Assembly: GCA_965262725.1 (NCBI GenBank)
Contig: OZ253555.1
Coordinates: forward strand, 1,632,001 to 1,696,000
From: Dehalococcoidia bacterium
Lineage (GTDB): Bacteria > Chloroflexota > Dehalococcoidia > UBA2979
Length of the DNA: 64,000 nt
Reading direction: 5' to 3'
In this document: in pieces, positions 1-9,719 of the stretch
Layout: the number at the start of each line of letters is the position of its first letter
Numbering within the stretch: position 1 is the stretch's first letter
The notes under the pieces: model-generated
Database searches by the model: none
What the model was told of the DNA's origin: nothing
The model's input: the letters and a program-made list of their open reading frames with translations, nothing else
Made by a program: the position numbers and the translations under genes

Positions 1-350
1 ACGTGTCTGAGACGCACCGCCTGCTGCACGGCGAGGAAGCCGAGGTCTACGGCGACGCCGGGTACCGGGGCGTGCAGAAGAGACCCGAGAACGCGGACTC
101 CAGGGTCAAGGACTGGAACGTGGCGATGCGCCCGGGCCTCCGGCGTGCGCTCGACCCGGAGAGTCCTGAGGCCGTCGAGGAGAAGCGGAAGGCATCGGTG
201 CGAGCGCTGGTGGAGCACCCGTTCTACAGCGTGAAGCGGCGCTTCGGCTACGCCAAGGTGCGGTACCGGGGTCTCTTCAAGAACCACGAGCGGTGTGCGG
301 TCTTGCTGGGGTTCCACAACCTGCTCACCGCGAAGCCGCACCGTGCCTGA
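1..350 (+). CDS. IS5-family transposase, C-terminal part (runs off the window start)
   Basis: YGDAGYRG and R-x2-VEHPF..KRRFGYAKVRYRGL-KN motifs of IS5 DDE transposases. Confidence 0.9.
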   Translation, partial: VSETHRLLHGEEAEVYGDAGYRGVQKRPENADSRVKDWNVAMRPGLRRALDPESPEAVEEKRKASVRALVEHPFYSVKRRFGYAKVRYRGLFKNHERCAVLLGFHNLLTAKPHRA

Positions 351-512
351 CCGTGGGTGGAGTGCGCCCTCCCCGCCCCACACGGGGCGAGGAGGGGAGC
401 CACAGGGGCCCGCGAGGGGGCGGATATGACCACTGTCATCGGGAATCCGCCTGAGAGCGCCTGACCGCGGCGAAACTGGGTCGCTAGACCCACCTGATCA
501 GACTTGCCCTAG
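1..512 (+). mobile_element. Right end of IS5-family element; terminal repeat at about 494-508 followed by CTAG target (509-512)
   Basis: CTGATCAGACTTGCC|CTAG resembles IS5-subgroup ends, which target YTAR/CTAG. Confidence 0.7.
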
Positions 513-1075
513 GTACCGACGCGCTGGGCGACGACTTCCGCAGTCGGCTCGGGGATCTAACCGGCGCCACGGTCCCCGCCGACGCGTTCGTCGCGATGGA
601 CTACCATCTCGACTGGCTGCAGATGGCGCTCTACCTCGCCGGTACTCCCTCGCCGCCGCAGCCAATCCCCAATGACGACGAGCTCGTCGTCGGGAACCAG
701 GAGGATGCGGACCTCATCGTGGCCTTCGAGGGCGACTCCACGACGCACGTCGTGCTGGTGGAGGCGAAGGTGGAGACGGGGTGGACGAACGGCCAGCTCA
801 AGTCAAAGCCAGAGCGGCTCAGCAGGATCTTCGCCGAGGGCCGGCCCGGTGCTCACCTGGTAACGCCCTGCTACGTGCTCGCATCCCCCGAACCGCCCCC
901 TCCGGGCATCAGCACCGCCGGATGGCCCTCCTGGATGAACCTCGGCGGCGAGCCGCTCTGGATGGAGCTCGCACGGCCACCCGGGCTCAAGAAGCCGACG
1001 CGCTGCACCGCGCAGGGGGAGACCTCGCGTCGGGGCGGCTTCGTTCGCATCGATTCGTTGAGCGGCGCCGGCTAG
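512..1075 (+). pseudogene. PD-(D/E)xK-like nuclease, 5' end cut off by the IS5 insertion
   Basis: The frame is open from the CTAG site (GTDALGDDFRSRL...AFVAMDYHLDWL). Contains DADLIVAF...LVEAK...W..GQL, a D..E-x-K nuclease-like motif. Confidence 0.55.
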
Positions 1076-1587
1076 ACGACGTCGAGCGGCACCGGTCAGC
1101 GCGAGACAGAGCGCGGCGGCCCGGGGGTAAACCGTGTGACTCTGCGGGATTCGTCCTCTGGACCGCGGGCCGGTGCAACAAGCGCGCCTCAGGAGACCGC
1201 TACGCTGTCGCGGGGGAAGTGCATTGCGGACGCACTCCACGATCTGGGCCCGAGAGCGATGGCGGCGGGGTCGAAGCCGACGAGAGCGTGGCGAGCGTGA
1301 GGCCGCAGCACAGTGAGTCTTCGCTCCCGTTGCGAGATCGGCCGGGCAGGGACAAGCCTGCCCGGCCACCTCACCACGAACGCTCCGCCGACGAGATGAC
1401 CCCCTTGGGAAGTAGCTCGAGGCGAGCCGTCGCTCCTGGCGCATCGGGCAGCCACACCCGGTGCGGGCGACCTACTTCGCCTATCGGGAGACGCTGTAAG
1501 CGCAGGCCCTGCAAGCGGGCGGGCCACCGGCCCGCCCGGAGGCTGCGGCGCGGGCTAGCTAAACGAGCAACTGAGGGAGACGACAGG

Positions 1588-1714
1588 AACTCCGGGTGAA
1601 GCGCGGGTGCAGCGGGTCGGTCTCGGCCACCGGGGCCGGAAAATTGTCGATGACGACGTCGCGCGGCACACCATCGAAGAACGCCCACGCCGCTTCCAGT
1701 CCCTCGGCGGCAGC
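1588..1714 (-). pseudogene. IS21-family IstA transposase fragment
   Basis: Minus strand translates to EGLEAAWAFFDGVPRDVVIDNFPAPVAETDPLHPRFTR, the IstA DDE core segment. Confidence 0.65.
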
Positions 1715-1833
1715 CTATGGAGAAGGCGCTGGCGCGAGCGAGCAGGGCGGCCGCCACGCGCCGGCGTCGAGGCTGGCCTGGAGCGCGGCGCGGCGCGGCG
1801 CGTTGTGATGTTCGGCGAGCTGCCGCGGGCCTC

Positions 1834-2080
1834 AGGGCTCGGCGAACGCGAACCCGAACGAGTACGCCCTGAGGGCGAGGCCGGGCACGGCCCGCGCGGC
1901 CATCACCGCGCGCGGTCAAAGGCTCCCGCGACCAGATGCCGCCGGCAACGATCGTCAGCCCGGGCTCGAGTTGGTCGATGTCTCGCGGAGCGCCCACAGG
2001 AGATCCCGCTCCAGTGCGAACGCGAACTCGCCGCCGTACTCCCCGGTGGCCGCGTGCCCGCCTGCGAACTGGGGATTGAG
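1834..2080 (-). pseudogene. NucS-like endonuclease remnant (frameshifted, internally deleted)
   Basis: Pieces FALERDLLWALR / DIDQLEPGLTIVAGG / AARAVPGLALRAYSFGFAF in different frames resemble NucS C-terminal-domain proteins. Confidence 0.45.
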
Positions 2081-2323
2081 GATGGTGCGCAGTGACACCA
2101 CTTGCCGGGACGTGACCCACGACTCGCTGTCTGTATCATGCCGATGGGGCCCGGGCACAAGTCTGTTCGTTGCCTGTTGGCCCCATCGGCATGGGCGCTA
2201 CCTCGCATCTTTGCGGGGCCCTCACGCCGATCTCGAGTACGGCCGGCCGAGAGCCGGCTCCGGGGTGACCGGCTCGGACAGACGGCTCTCGTGTCCGGGG
2301 CGTCGGATGGGTTGTGCATCAGC

Positions 2324-2893
2324 GTGCCAGCATCCGTTGACCTCGACCGGCTTCTCAGATTCCGTCTCGCCGTGGGCCGCTTCGGCGAGATGGACGTCGC
2401 TCGCTGGTGGAACACGACGGGACTGCTCGGTCCGCGAGGGGCCACTGTTCTGTCGCGTGGTCTCCCTGCTACGCACTACTTCGCTCAGGCGCGAGTCGTC
2501 TTTGCCGTTGCGCATGCGCGCTGTGAGGAGGTGTTCAGTCCGCCGAGTGGCGCGATTACCCTGTGGGATCTTCCCGCAGAACTCGAGCAGCAGTTCGAGG
2601 AGCACTGGCAGACCTGGCTCGGCGAGGTGAACGACTGGCGTTCATTCTTCGAATCGCTCGCAGGACTCGGGGAAGCCGATCTCAGCGCCACGCTGGGGCA
2701 CGCGGCTTTCATCTTGCCTGAGCAGATGGAGGCCGCGGAGCGGCTCCGTCGATCGGCTGACGGTCGCGCTGTCCTCGTTCCCGCAGGTCGCGAAGTGGAC
2801 GATGATCTGATCTCACTGCTGGCATTGGGATTCGCGAAAGGGGTGCCCGGCCAGCTCGCCGTGCCGTATGCGAGCTTGGGCAATTCGACGTGA
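2324..2893 (+). CDS. brxE: BREX protein BrxE (start uncertain; ORF open from 2102)
   Basis: LLRFRLAVGRFGEMD.ARWWNT.GLLG..G...LSRGLP.THYFAQAR signature; first gene of the BREX operon; GTGA overlap with brxA. Confidence 0.8.
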   Translation: MPASVDLDRLLRFRLAVGRFGEMDVARWWNTTGLLGPRGATVLSRGLPATHYFAQARVVFAVAHARCEEVFSPPSGAITLWDLPAELEQQFEEHWQTWLGEVNDWRSFFESLAGLGEADLSATLGHAAFILPEQMEAAERLRRSADGRAVLVPAGREVDDDLISLLALGFAKGVPGQLAVPYASLGNST

Positions 2894-3678
2894 ATGATCC
2901 CCGGGCATTCATCGTCTCCTCGTTCACGATCATCAAGGGATCACTGATCGACGAGACTTATTCTGCCTTTCGTGACTGGGACTTATCAGCCTCGAAGTCG
3001 GAGAACTTGCGGCGCCTCATGGCAACGAACACTATCGGCGCGCGCAGCGCCCACTGGCTCCGGGATGTGTCGTTCGTGGTGAGCCGCCGCTTCGATCCTG
3101 AGAATGGAGACCGTCCGCTCGTCGAACTCGCCCAGCGTGGCTGCTCGCGGGAGATGTGGAATCCGCTGTTGCTCTGGCACATGACGCGGCACGAGTTTCT
3201 CGTGCGAGATTTCCTCGTGTCGTGGCTGCACCCACGCTACGTCGAAGGCGTCTACAAAATCCGTCCACACGATCTCCTGGCATATCTTGCAGGGTTGCGG
3301 TCAATCGACGGGATCCAGGTCGCGGAACACTGGACCGACTCAACAACGGCAAGGGTTGCGTCCGGACTACTCCGCATTGCGGAGGACTTCGGGCTACTCA
3401 CTGGCGGTTCAGTGAAAGAGTTCATTCCCTACCATCTGCCCGAGACGAGCTTCCTCTATCTGCTGCATGCCATCGCGGACGCGGAGCGGAACCCGCGGCG
3501 GGTCATTGACGCGCTCGCCTGGCGCATGTACTTGATGAGTGCCGAGGACGTAGAGCGTGAGCTATTCCGGCTCCACCAGTTCCGCCGGCTGCGCTTTGAA
3601 GTCGCAGGTTCTCTCGCAGAGCTCGATCTTCCTTGCCGATCGGCCGCCGAATTCGCGGAGACGATGACGTGTGACTGA
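2890..3678 (+). CDS. brxA: BREX protein BrxA (DUF1819-like)
   Basis: SSFTIIKGSLIDETY, LLWH...LVRDF, W.DST..RVASGLL..DFGLL; position before brxB. Confidence 0.85.
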   Translation: MNDPRAFIVSSFTIIKGSLIDETYSAFRDWDLSASKSENLRRLMATNTIGARSAHWLRDVSFVVSRRFDPENGDRPLVELAQRGCSREMWNPLLLWHMTRHEFLVRDFLVSWLHPRYVEGVYKIRPHDLLAYLAGLRSIDGIQVAEHWTDSTTARVASGLLRIAEDFGLLTGGSVKEFIPYHLPETSFLYLLHAIADAERNPRRVIDALAWRMYLMSAEDVERELFRLHQFRRLRFEVAGSLAELDLPCRSAAEFAETMTCD

Positions 3679-4246
3679 CGTACGCGAGCGCCTGCACGCA
3701 CTGGAGGCCATTCTCAGGGCCGCTGACCCACGGCCTACGATCAGCGCCTACCACGACATGCCGTACGCGATCTTTCGCTACGACCCGACAGACGAATTCC
3801 TTCTCCGTCAGGAAGTCACGCTGCTCCGCACTCGTCTAGAGCAGGCGGGCAAGCGCGTCACGGTAATCTCGCTCGCCGAGTGCATGCATTCCGCACTGGA
3901 AGCGGAGGGTCTCGGCAGGGATGCGCTCGCCGACGCAGAGCGGTCGGTCGGGCTGGAAGCAGCGATTGACACGGTGCATGAGGTACTGAGCCAGTACCAA
4001 CCGCTCGACCGCCTCGTCGCCGGCCGCATCCCTGCGGATGCCGATCCGCTGATGGACATTGTTCTCATCGTGCGGGCAGGAGCTCTTTTCCCCGCCTATC
4101 GGACGTCGTCTCTGCTGGAACAGCTCAAGGGCCAAGTGATGGTCCCGGCGGTACTCTTCTACCCTGGGATCCTCGATGGTTCTGCTGGTTTGAAGTTCAT
4201 GGCGGTGCTGGACGCGGAGCACAATTATCGGCCGCGGATCTTCTGA
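3671..4246 (+). CDS. brxB: BREX protein BrxB (DUF1788-like)
   Basis: PYAIFRYDP..EF, GALFP.YRTS.LL, VLFYPG, C-terminal NYRPRIF. Confidence 0.9.
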   Translation: MTDVRERLHALEAILRAADPRPTISAYHDMPYAIFRYDPTDEFLLRQEVTLLRTRLEQAGKRVTVISLAECMHSALEAEGLGRDALADAERSVGLEAAIDTVHEVLSQYQPLDRLVAGRIPADADPLMDIVLIVRAGALFPAYRTSSLLEQLKGQVMVPAVLFYPGILDGSAGLKFMAVLDAEHNYRPRIF

Positions 4247-4248
4247 GG

Positions 4249-7200
4249 ATGGCTGACATGACGACGAACGCGATCGGCGACCTGTTCGCTCAAGATGTTC
4301 ATCGGAACATCGAAGAGGTAATCAAGGTCGATCAGACCGACAAGCAGATCATTCGCGATGAGCTGAGCGAGTACGTCATTACTGACTCCATCCGCGAGCA
4401 CTTCACTGAGATCCTCGAGCGCTACTGGGAGACGCCTCAGAAACCGCACGAAGGGATCGGCGTCTGGGTTTCGGGCTTCTTCGGCTCCGGTAAGTCGAGC
4501 TTCGCGAAGTACCTCGGACTCGCGCTGGAGGACCGAAATGTGCTCGGTGAGGGCGCGGCCGAGCTGCTGGGCCGCCGCTCGACGGACGACAAACTGCGCG
4601 TCCTGCTCACGAACATCGCCGAGCATATTCCGACAGATGCCGTGATTTTTGATGTCTCGACCGATCGCGGTATTCGCACGGGCAATCAGACGATGACGGA
4701 GATCGTGTATCGCCAGCTGCTCGAGCGCCTAGGATACGCGCGTGATCTCGATCTCTCAGAGCTCGAGATCACGCTCGAGGGCGAGAATGGGCTCGATGAC
4801 TTTGAGGCGAAGTTCCAGGAGATTTTCGCGAAGGACTGGGATGTCGAGAAAGGCAAGGTAGCGCTCGCGGTTCAGCAGGCAAGCCGGGTGATGCACGAGC
4901 TCGACCCCTCGACGTACACCACGGTAGACAGTTGGCGGGAATCCGCGATGCGGCGCGCGGATGTCAGCGCGAACGCGCTTGCTGACCGTTGCGGGCAACT
5001 GATACAGCGTCGCCGGCCGGGCCGCAGTTTGGTCTTCGTTGTCGACGAGGTCGGACAGTTCGTCGCTCGGGACGTGCAGAAGATGCTCGACCTCCAGGGG
5101 GTCGTGCAGGCACTTGGGCGGGCGGGCCGGGGGAAGCTCTGGCTGATCGTGACCTCGCAGGAGAAGTTGAGCGAACTTGTCGGTGGGCTCGATGCTTCGC
5201 GCGTGGAGCTCGCGCGGCTGATGGACCGGTTCCCTCTGCAAGTGCACCTCGAGCCGTCGGACATCTCTGAAGTGACCAGTCGCCGCGTACTCGCGAAGAA
5301 CGCTGATGCCGAGCGGACGCTTCGCGAGTTGTTCGCTCAGCACCGTGGGAAGCTGAGCGAGAACACCCGTGTGTCAGCTGATGTGCGCCTGCCCGAGCTG
5401 AGCACTGAGTCCTTTAGCGATCTCTACCCGCTACTCCCGTACCAGATCGACTTGATCATCAGCGTGGTCTCTGGACTACGCACAGCAGGAGGCGCCAGCA
5501 AGCACGTGGGTGGCGCCAATCGCACGGTCATCAAGCTGGCGCAGCAGTTGCTCGTGCACCCGAATATCGACCTTGCTTCGCAGCCGGTCGGCGCGCTCGC
5601 GCGGATCGATCAGGTCTACGACCTGGTGTCGGCGAATATTCCCAGCGAGCTGCGGGGCAAGATTTCGGACATCGGTCGTGGCGTTGACCATCGGTTGTCT
5701 GAGCCGGTGGCAAAGGCGATCTGCCTTCTGCAGTACGTGCAGAGCGTTCACCGCACTCCAGAGAACATCGCTGCGACTCTCCACCCAGCGCTGGACGCGG
5801 ACTCCCGGCTGCCTGAGGTGTACGCGGCGCTTGAGGCGCTTGAGCGTGCACACATGGTGCGCCGCGGCGACGAGGGATACCGAATCCCCTCACCGGCCGA
5901 GGACGACTGGGAGCGACAGCGCGGCGGTTTCGCACCGCGCCCGGGGGATGTGCATCGGCTCCATGCTGAGGTCGTGACGGCGCTCTGGCAGCCGCAGCCG
6001 TCGCATCGATTGCTCGATGTCAGGCTCTTCAAGGCAGGGCTGAGCCTCGGCGGACGCGAACTCGTGCAGGGCGATATCACCTTCCACCTCACCCTCGCTG
6101 AAGGCGGGGGTGCGTACGACAGCGAGGTGGAGGCGGCGCGGACGCGTAGTCAGACCGAACCATCGACCGCGTTCTGGGTCGCCCCCCTGACCGAAGCCAT
6201 CGACCGCGAAACGGTTGAAATGTTCCGCTCGCGGGAGATTCTTTCCCGCAAGGAGCGGGATGCTCAGACAAAGGATGAGGCCCAGCTCGTTGCTGAGGAG
6301 CGCGTGCGAATGCGACGCCATCAGGATGAGCTGCGTCGCTTCTTCCGACAAGCGCTCGTCGGTGGCAGCATTTTCTTCCGTGGGAACGACCGTAGCCCCG
6401 GCGAAGCGGCTGAGGTCTTGAGCGCGGCCACGAACGTGCTGGCGCAGGCTCTTCCGCAGGTCTTCGACCGCTTCTCCGACGCCGCCGCGCGGGTGACTGC
6501 GAAGGATCTGGATTCGATCCTCACCAACGAGAATCTGAACGGTCTCGCACCCGTCTTCAGCACTTTGCACCTGGTCGGGGAGGAGGCAGGGAGGCCGGTC
6601 TTCAACACCGAGAGCGGTCCGCTCACGGAGATCCTCGGTCGCATTGAGAACCGCGCCAGCTACGGTGAAGTCGCCGACGGGCGCTACCTTGCGAATGAGC
6701 TGGCCAAGGAGCCGTACGGGTGGGAGTTCGACGCCGTCCGTTTGTTCGTTGCTGCGCTGCTGCGGGCCGGGAAGGTCACTATGACGAGCAAGGGGCAGAC
6801 CATCGAATCCGCCCTTTCGCTCGATGCCCGGACCACATTCAACAACAACAACCTGTTCCGCCAGGCCTCGGTCAGACCAAAGGTCGGTCTCGACTTCACG
6901 GAGATCGTCGATGCCTCCACGCACTTCAAGGAAGTGTTCGGCAACGACATCGCGGAGCTCGAGCAGAGCGCCGTCGCCCGGGCGATTCGGGAGGAGCTGC
7001 AGCGACACGAGCAGGAGTTGAGCGAAACTCACAGCCTCCTCGAGCGTCACGGGTTGCCGGGTGTTGCGATCCTGCGGGACGCGCTCGACCAGATGCGGGC
7101 GATTCGCCAGGGCCCTGAGGATCAAGCGATCCTTGCGTTCAGCGCCGCGTATCGCGAGCTGAAGGAGGCTATTAGACGGGCGGCAGAGCTAACGCAAACA

Positions 7201-7794
7201 CTGTCGAAGCCGCGGCTGCTCGACCTCCAACGTGCGGCAACGGCCCTCGGGCCTACGTGGCGATTTCTCCAGCGGGAGGTTGACCTGCCTGAGGACTGTC
7301 GCGAGCAGGCAGCGCTGCTTGAGGACTTAATGGGCAGAGAGACATTCTTTCGTGAGCTGCCCGCGATCGACCAGAGCACGCGTGTGCTTGAGTCCGAGTT
7401 CGAGGGACGGCACGCCGCCGCGGTCGAGGCACGCGTCGCCGCATACAGCAGCGCAATGGAGCAGCTTCGTGCAACGCCTGTCTGGGACGCGCTGCACCCC
7501 GACCAGCAGACACGTATCTCAGAGCCGCTGCTGGTCCGTTCGAGAAGAGATGGATGCGAGACCGAGACAGTTCCCATGCTGCGAGAGCAGACCGACGCGT
7601 GCTCGGCGCTACTCGGCCGGACGATCGAGGAAGTGCTTCGGCTCGTCGATGGGAACCGCGTCGTGCCGTTGCCTGCCTCAAGCTACTTTGCGGGAGGCAT
7701 CGAGACCGAGGAGCAACTGGATCAAGCGCTAGCCGGCCTGCGCGAGCGATGCCTCGAGTTGATCGGGGCGGGTAAGAAAGTGCTGGTTCAGTAG
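4249..7794 (+). CDS. brxC: BREX P-loop ATPase BrxC
   Basis: IEEVIKVDQ, EYVIT, GVWVSGFFGSGKS (Walker A), VVDEVGQF (Walker B), VTSQE, YPLLPYQ; 1181 aa. Confidence 0.95.
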   Translation: MADMTTNAIGDLFAQDVHRNIEEVIKVDQTDKQIIRDELSEYVITDSIREHFTEILERYWETPQKPHEGIGVWVSGFFGSGKSSFAKYLGLALEDRNVLGEGAAELLGRRSTDDKLRVLLTNIAEHIPTDAVIFDVSTDRGIRTGNQTMTEIVYRQLLERLGYARDLDLSELEITLEGENGLDDFEAKFQEIFAKDWDVEKGKVALAVQQASRVMHELDPSTYTTVDSWRESAMRRADVSANALADRCGQLIQRRRPGRSLVFVVDEVGQFVARDVQKMLDLQGVVQALGRAGRGKLWLIVTSQEKLSELVGGLDASRVELARLMDRFPLQVHLEPSDISEVTSRRVLAKNADAERTLRELFAQHRGKLSENTRVSADVRLPELSTESFSDLYPLLPYQIDLIISVVSGLRTAGGASKHVGGANRTVIKLAQQLLVHPNIDLASQPVGALARIDQVYDLVSANIPSELRGKISDIGRGVDHRLSEPVAKAICLLQYVQSVHRTPENIAATLHPALDADSRLPEVYAALEALERAHMVRRGDEGYRIPSPAEDDWERQRGGFAPRPGDVHRLHAEVVTALWQPQPSHRLLDVRLFKAGLSLGGRELVQGDITFHLTLAEGGGAYDSEVEAARTRSQTEPSTAFWVAPLTEAIDRETVEMFRSREILSRKERDAQTKDEAQLVAEERVRMRRHQDELRRFFRQALVGGSIFFRGNDRSPGEAAEVLSAATNVLAQALPQVFDRFSDAAARVTAKDLDSILTNENLNGLAPVFSTLHLVGEEAGRPVFNTESGPLTEILGRIENRASYGEVADGRYLANELAKEPYGWEFDAVRLFVAALLRAGKVTMTSKGQTIESALSLDARTTFNNNNLFRQASVRPKVGLDFTEIVDASTHFKEVFGNDIAELEQSAVARAIREELQRHEQELSETHSLLERHGLPGVAILRDALDQMRAIRQGPEDQAILAFSAAYRELKEAIRRAAELTQTLSKPRLLDLQRAATALGPTWRFLQREVDLPEDCREQAALLEDLMGRETFFRELPAIDQSTRVLESEFEGRHAAAVEARVAAYSSAMEQLRATPVWDALHPDQQTRISEPLLVRSRRDGCETETVPMLREQTDACSALLGRTIEEVLRLVDGNRVVPLPASSYFAGGIETEEQLDQALAGLRERCLELIGAGKKVLVQ

Positions 7795-7805
7795 GGCGGG
7801 GCAGC

Positions 7806-9719
7806 GTGGACAAGGACGTTCGGAATCGCATTCAGCGCGCGACGCAGGAGGTCCGTGCGCTGCTCGAGCGCGAGTTCGGCGAGCAGCTCGAGGGGCTCTT
7901 CGACATCCGAAGGAACGGCGTAATCGCCCCCGAAGCCGGTCCCCATCTCACGCCCAGGGAACGATTGTTGCGGGCGAAACTGATCGCGTCAGTCGAGCAC
8001 TTTCGCTCCGGTGGTGCTTCGCCGAGCGAGGCGGTCGCCCGCTATCAGCGCGACGCGGCATTCACAACGCTCAACCGCTTTGTCGCATTGAAGATGCTAG
8101 AGGCGAGGCAGCTGCTTCAAGAGTGTGTCTCGCGGGGAGACCAGTCCGCCGGCTTTCGGGAGTTCGTAGGTCTGGCGCCTAGCCTCGCGCAGATGCCCGA
8201 CCATGGCTACCGGCTCTACATCGAGAGCATCTTTGATGAGATTGGCCGAGAAGTTGGCGTGCTCTTCGACCGCCGCGATCCTGCGAGTCTGCTCTGGCCG
8301 CGCCGGAATACGCTACGGGAGCTGCTGGCAACGTTGAACGCCGCAGACCTAGCCGATGTCTGGGCGCAAGACGAGACGATCGGCTGGGTCTACCAGTTCT
8401 TCAACTCCGGTGACGAGCGCCGACAGATGCGCGACGAAAGCCAGGCGCCGCGGAACAGTCGCGAGCTGGCCGTCCGCAATCAGTTCTTCACGCCTCGCTA
8501 CGTGGTCCAGTTCCTTACCGACAACACGCTCGGACGCACTTGGTACCAGATGCGGTCAGGCGACACGGCCCTGGCGGACCGTTGGGAGTACTTCGTCGGC
8601 GACGAGGGGGTCGCGGTGCCCCGCGATAAGAAGGATCCCCGCGATATCAAGGTCCTCGATCCCGCATGTGGTTCGGGCCACTTCCTGCTATACGCGTTCG
8701 ATCTGCTGCTCGACATATACGAAGAGGCGTGGAGCGATCCTCAACAGCCGCGTAGCGAGGCCGGCACGACGCTGCGAGAGGATTACGAGGATGTGCCTTC
8801 GCTGCGTCGATCCCTCCCTGCGCTGATCGTCCAGCACAACCTCCACGGCGTAGAGATCGACCCGCGTGCGGCGCAGATCACGGCGTTGGCGCTCTGGTTG
8901 CGAGCGCAGCGCGCCTACAAAGAGTTCGGCGTCACCCCGACCCAGCGTATGCCGATCACTCAGACACACATCGTGATTGCCGAACCGATGCCAGGCGACC
9001 ATGGCATGGTCGACGACTTTGCGGCAGGCCTTGAGCCGGCCCTGTTGCGCGACCTCTTCCGGAAGATGGTTGGGGAGATGACTCTCGCAGGGGGACTTGG
9101 GTCGCTCCTCCAGGTAGAGCGCGCGATCGCAGCGGAGCTCCACCGCGCCCGGGAACAGTTCGTGAGGGAGCGCTCTGAGACGAAACCGAGCCTGCCCGGG
9201 TTGGAGCCCGAGCGACGACAAGGGGAGCTCGATCTATCCGGCGTCGACGACGATGCATTCTTTCATGAGGCAGAAACTCTCATCGTTGATGCGCTGCGTA
9301 GGTTCGCCGAGTCCACGACAGGCGGGGCAGGCGTTCGTCGACGCCTCTTCGCGGGTGACGCCGCACAGGGTGTCGCCCTCATCGAGCTGCTGCGGACGCG
9401 GTTTGACGTGGTGCTCATGAATCCGCCGTTCGGGGCTGGGAGCGTCATCGCGAAGCAGGCATTCGATAAGGCTTACCCGCGCACGAAGAACGATCTCTAT
9501 GCGGCCTTCGTCGAGCGCGGCATCCAACTGCTCCATGAGCGCGGAATGCTCGGCGCCATCACGTCCCGCACCGGGTTCTTCCTGTCAAGCTTCCAGAAGT
9601 GGCGCGAGGAGATCCTCCTGGAGGAGGCTCCCCCGACGGTGTTCGCGGACCTCGGCTACGGCGTGCTTGATGGCGCGATGGTCGAGGTCGCTGCGTATTG
9701 CCTCGAGGTCGCTGCATGA
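7806..9719 (+). CDS. pglX: PglX/BrxX N-terminal half: adenine methyltransferase subunit
   Basis: IGWVYQFF, QFFTPRYVV, LDPACGSGHFL (motif I), NPPF (motif IV), DLYAAF; ends just after the MTase core (VEVAAYCLE). Confidence 0.9.
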   Translation: MDKDVRNRIQRATQEVRALLEREFGEQLEGLFDIRRNGVIAPEAGPHLTPRERLLRAKLIASVEHFRSGGASPSEAVARYQRDAAFTTLNRFVALKMLEARQLLQECVSRGDQSAGFREFVGLAPSLAQMPDHGYRLYIESIFDEIGREVGVLFDRRDPASLLWPRRNTLRELLATLNAADLADVWAQDETIGWVYQFFNSGDERRQMRDESQAPRNSRELAVRNQFFTPRYVVQFLTDNTLGRTWYQMRSGDTALADRWEYFVGDEGVAVPRDKKDPRDIKVLDPACGSGHFLLYAFDLLLDIYEEAWSDPQQPRSEAGTTLREDYEDVPSLRRSLPALIVQHNLHGVEIDPRAAQITALALWLRAQRAYKEFGVTPTQRMPITQTHIVIAEPMPGDHGMVDDFAAGLEPALLRDLFRKMVGEMTLAGGLGSLLQVERAIAAELHRAREQFVRERSETKPSLPGLEPERRQGELDLSGVDDDAFFHEAETLIVDALRRFAESTTGGAGVRRRLFAGDAAQGVALIELLRTRFDVVLMNPPFGAGSVIAKQAFDKAYPRTKNDLYAAFVERGIQLLHERGMLGAITSRTGFFLSSFQKWREEILLEEAPPTVFADLGYGVLDGAMVEVAAYCLEVAA

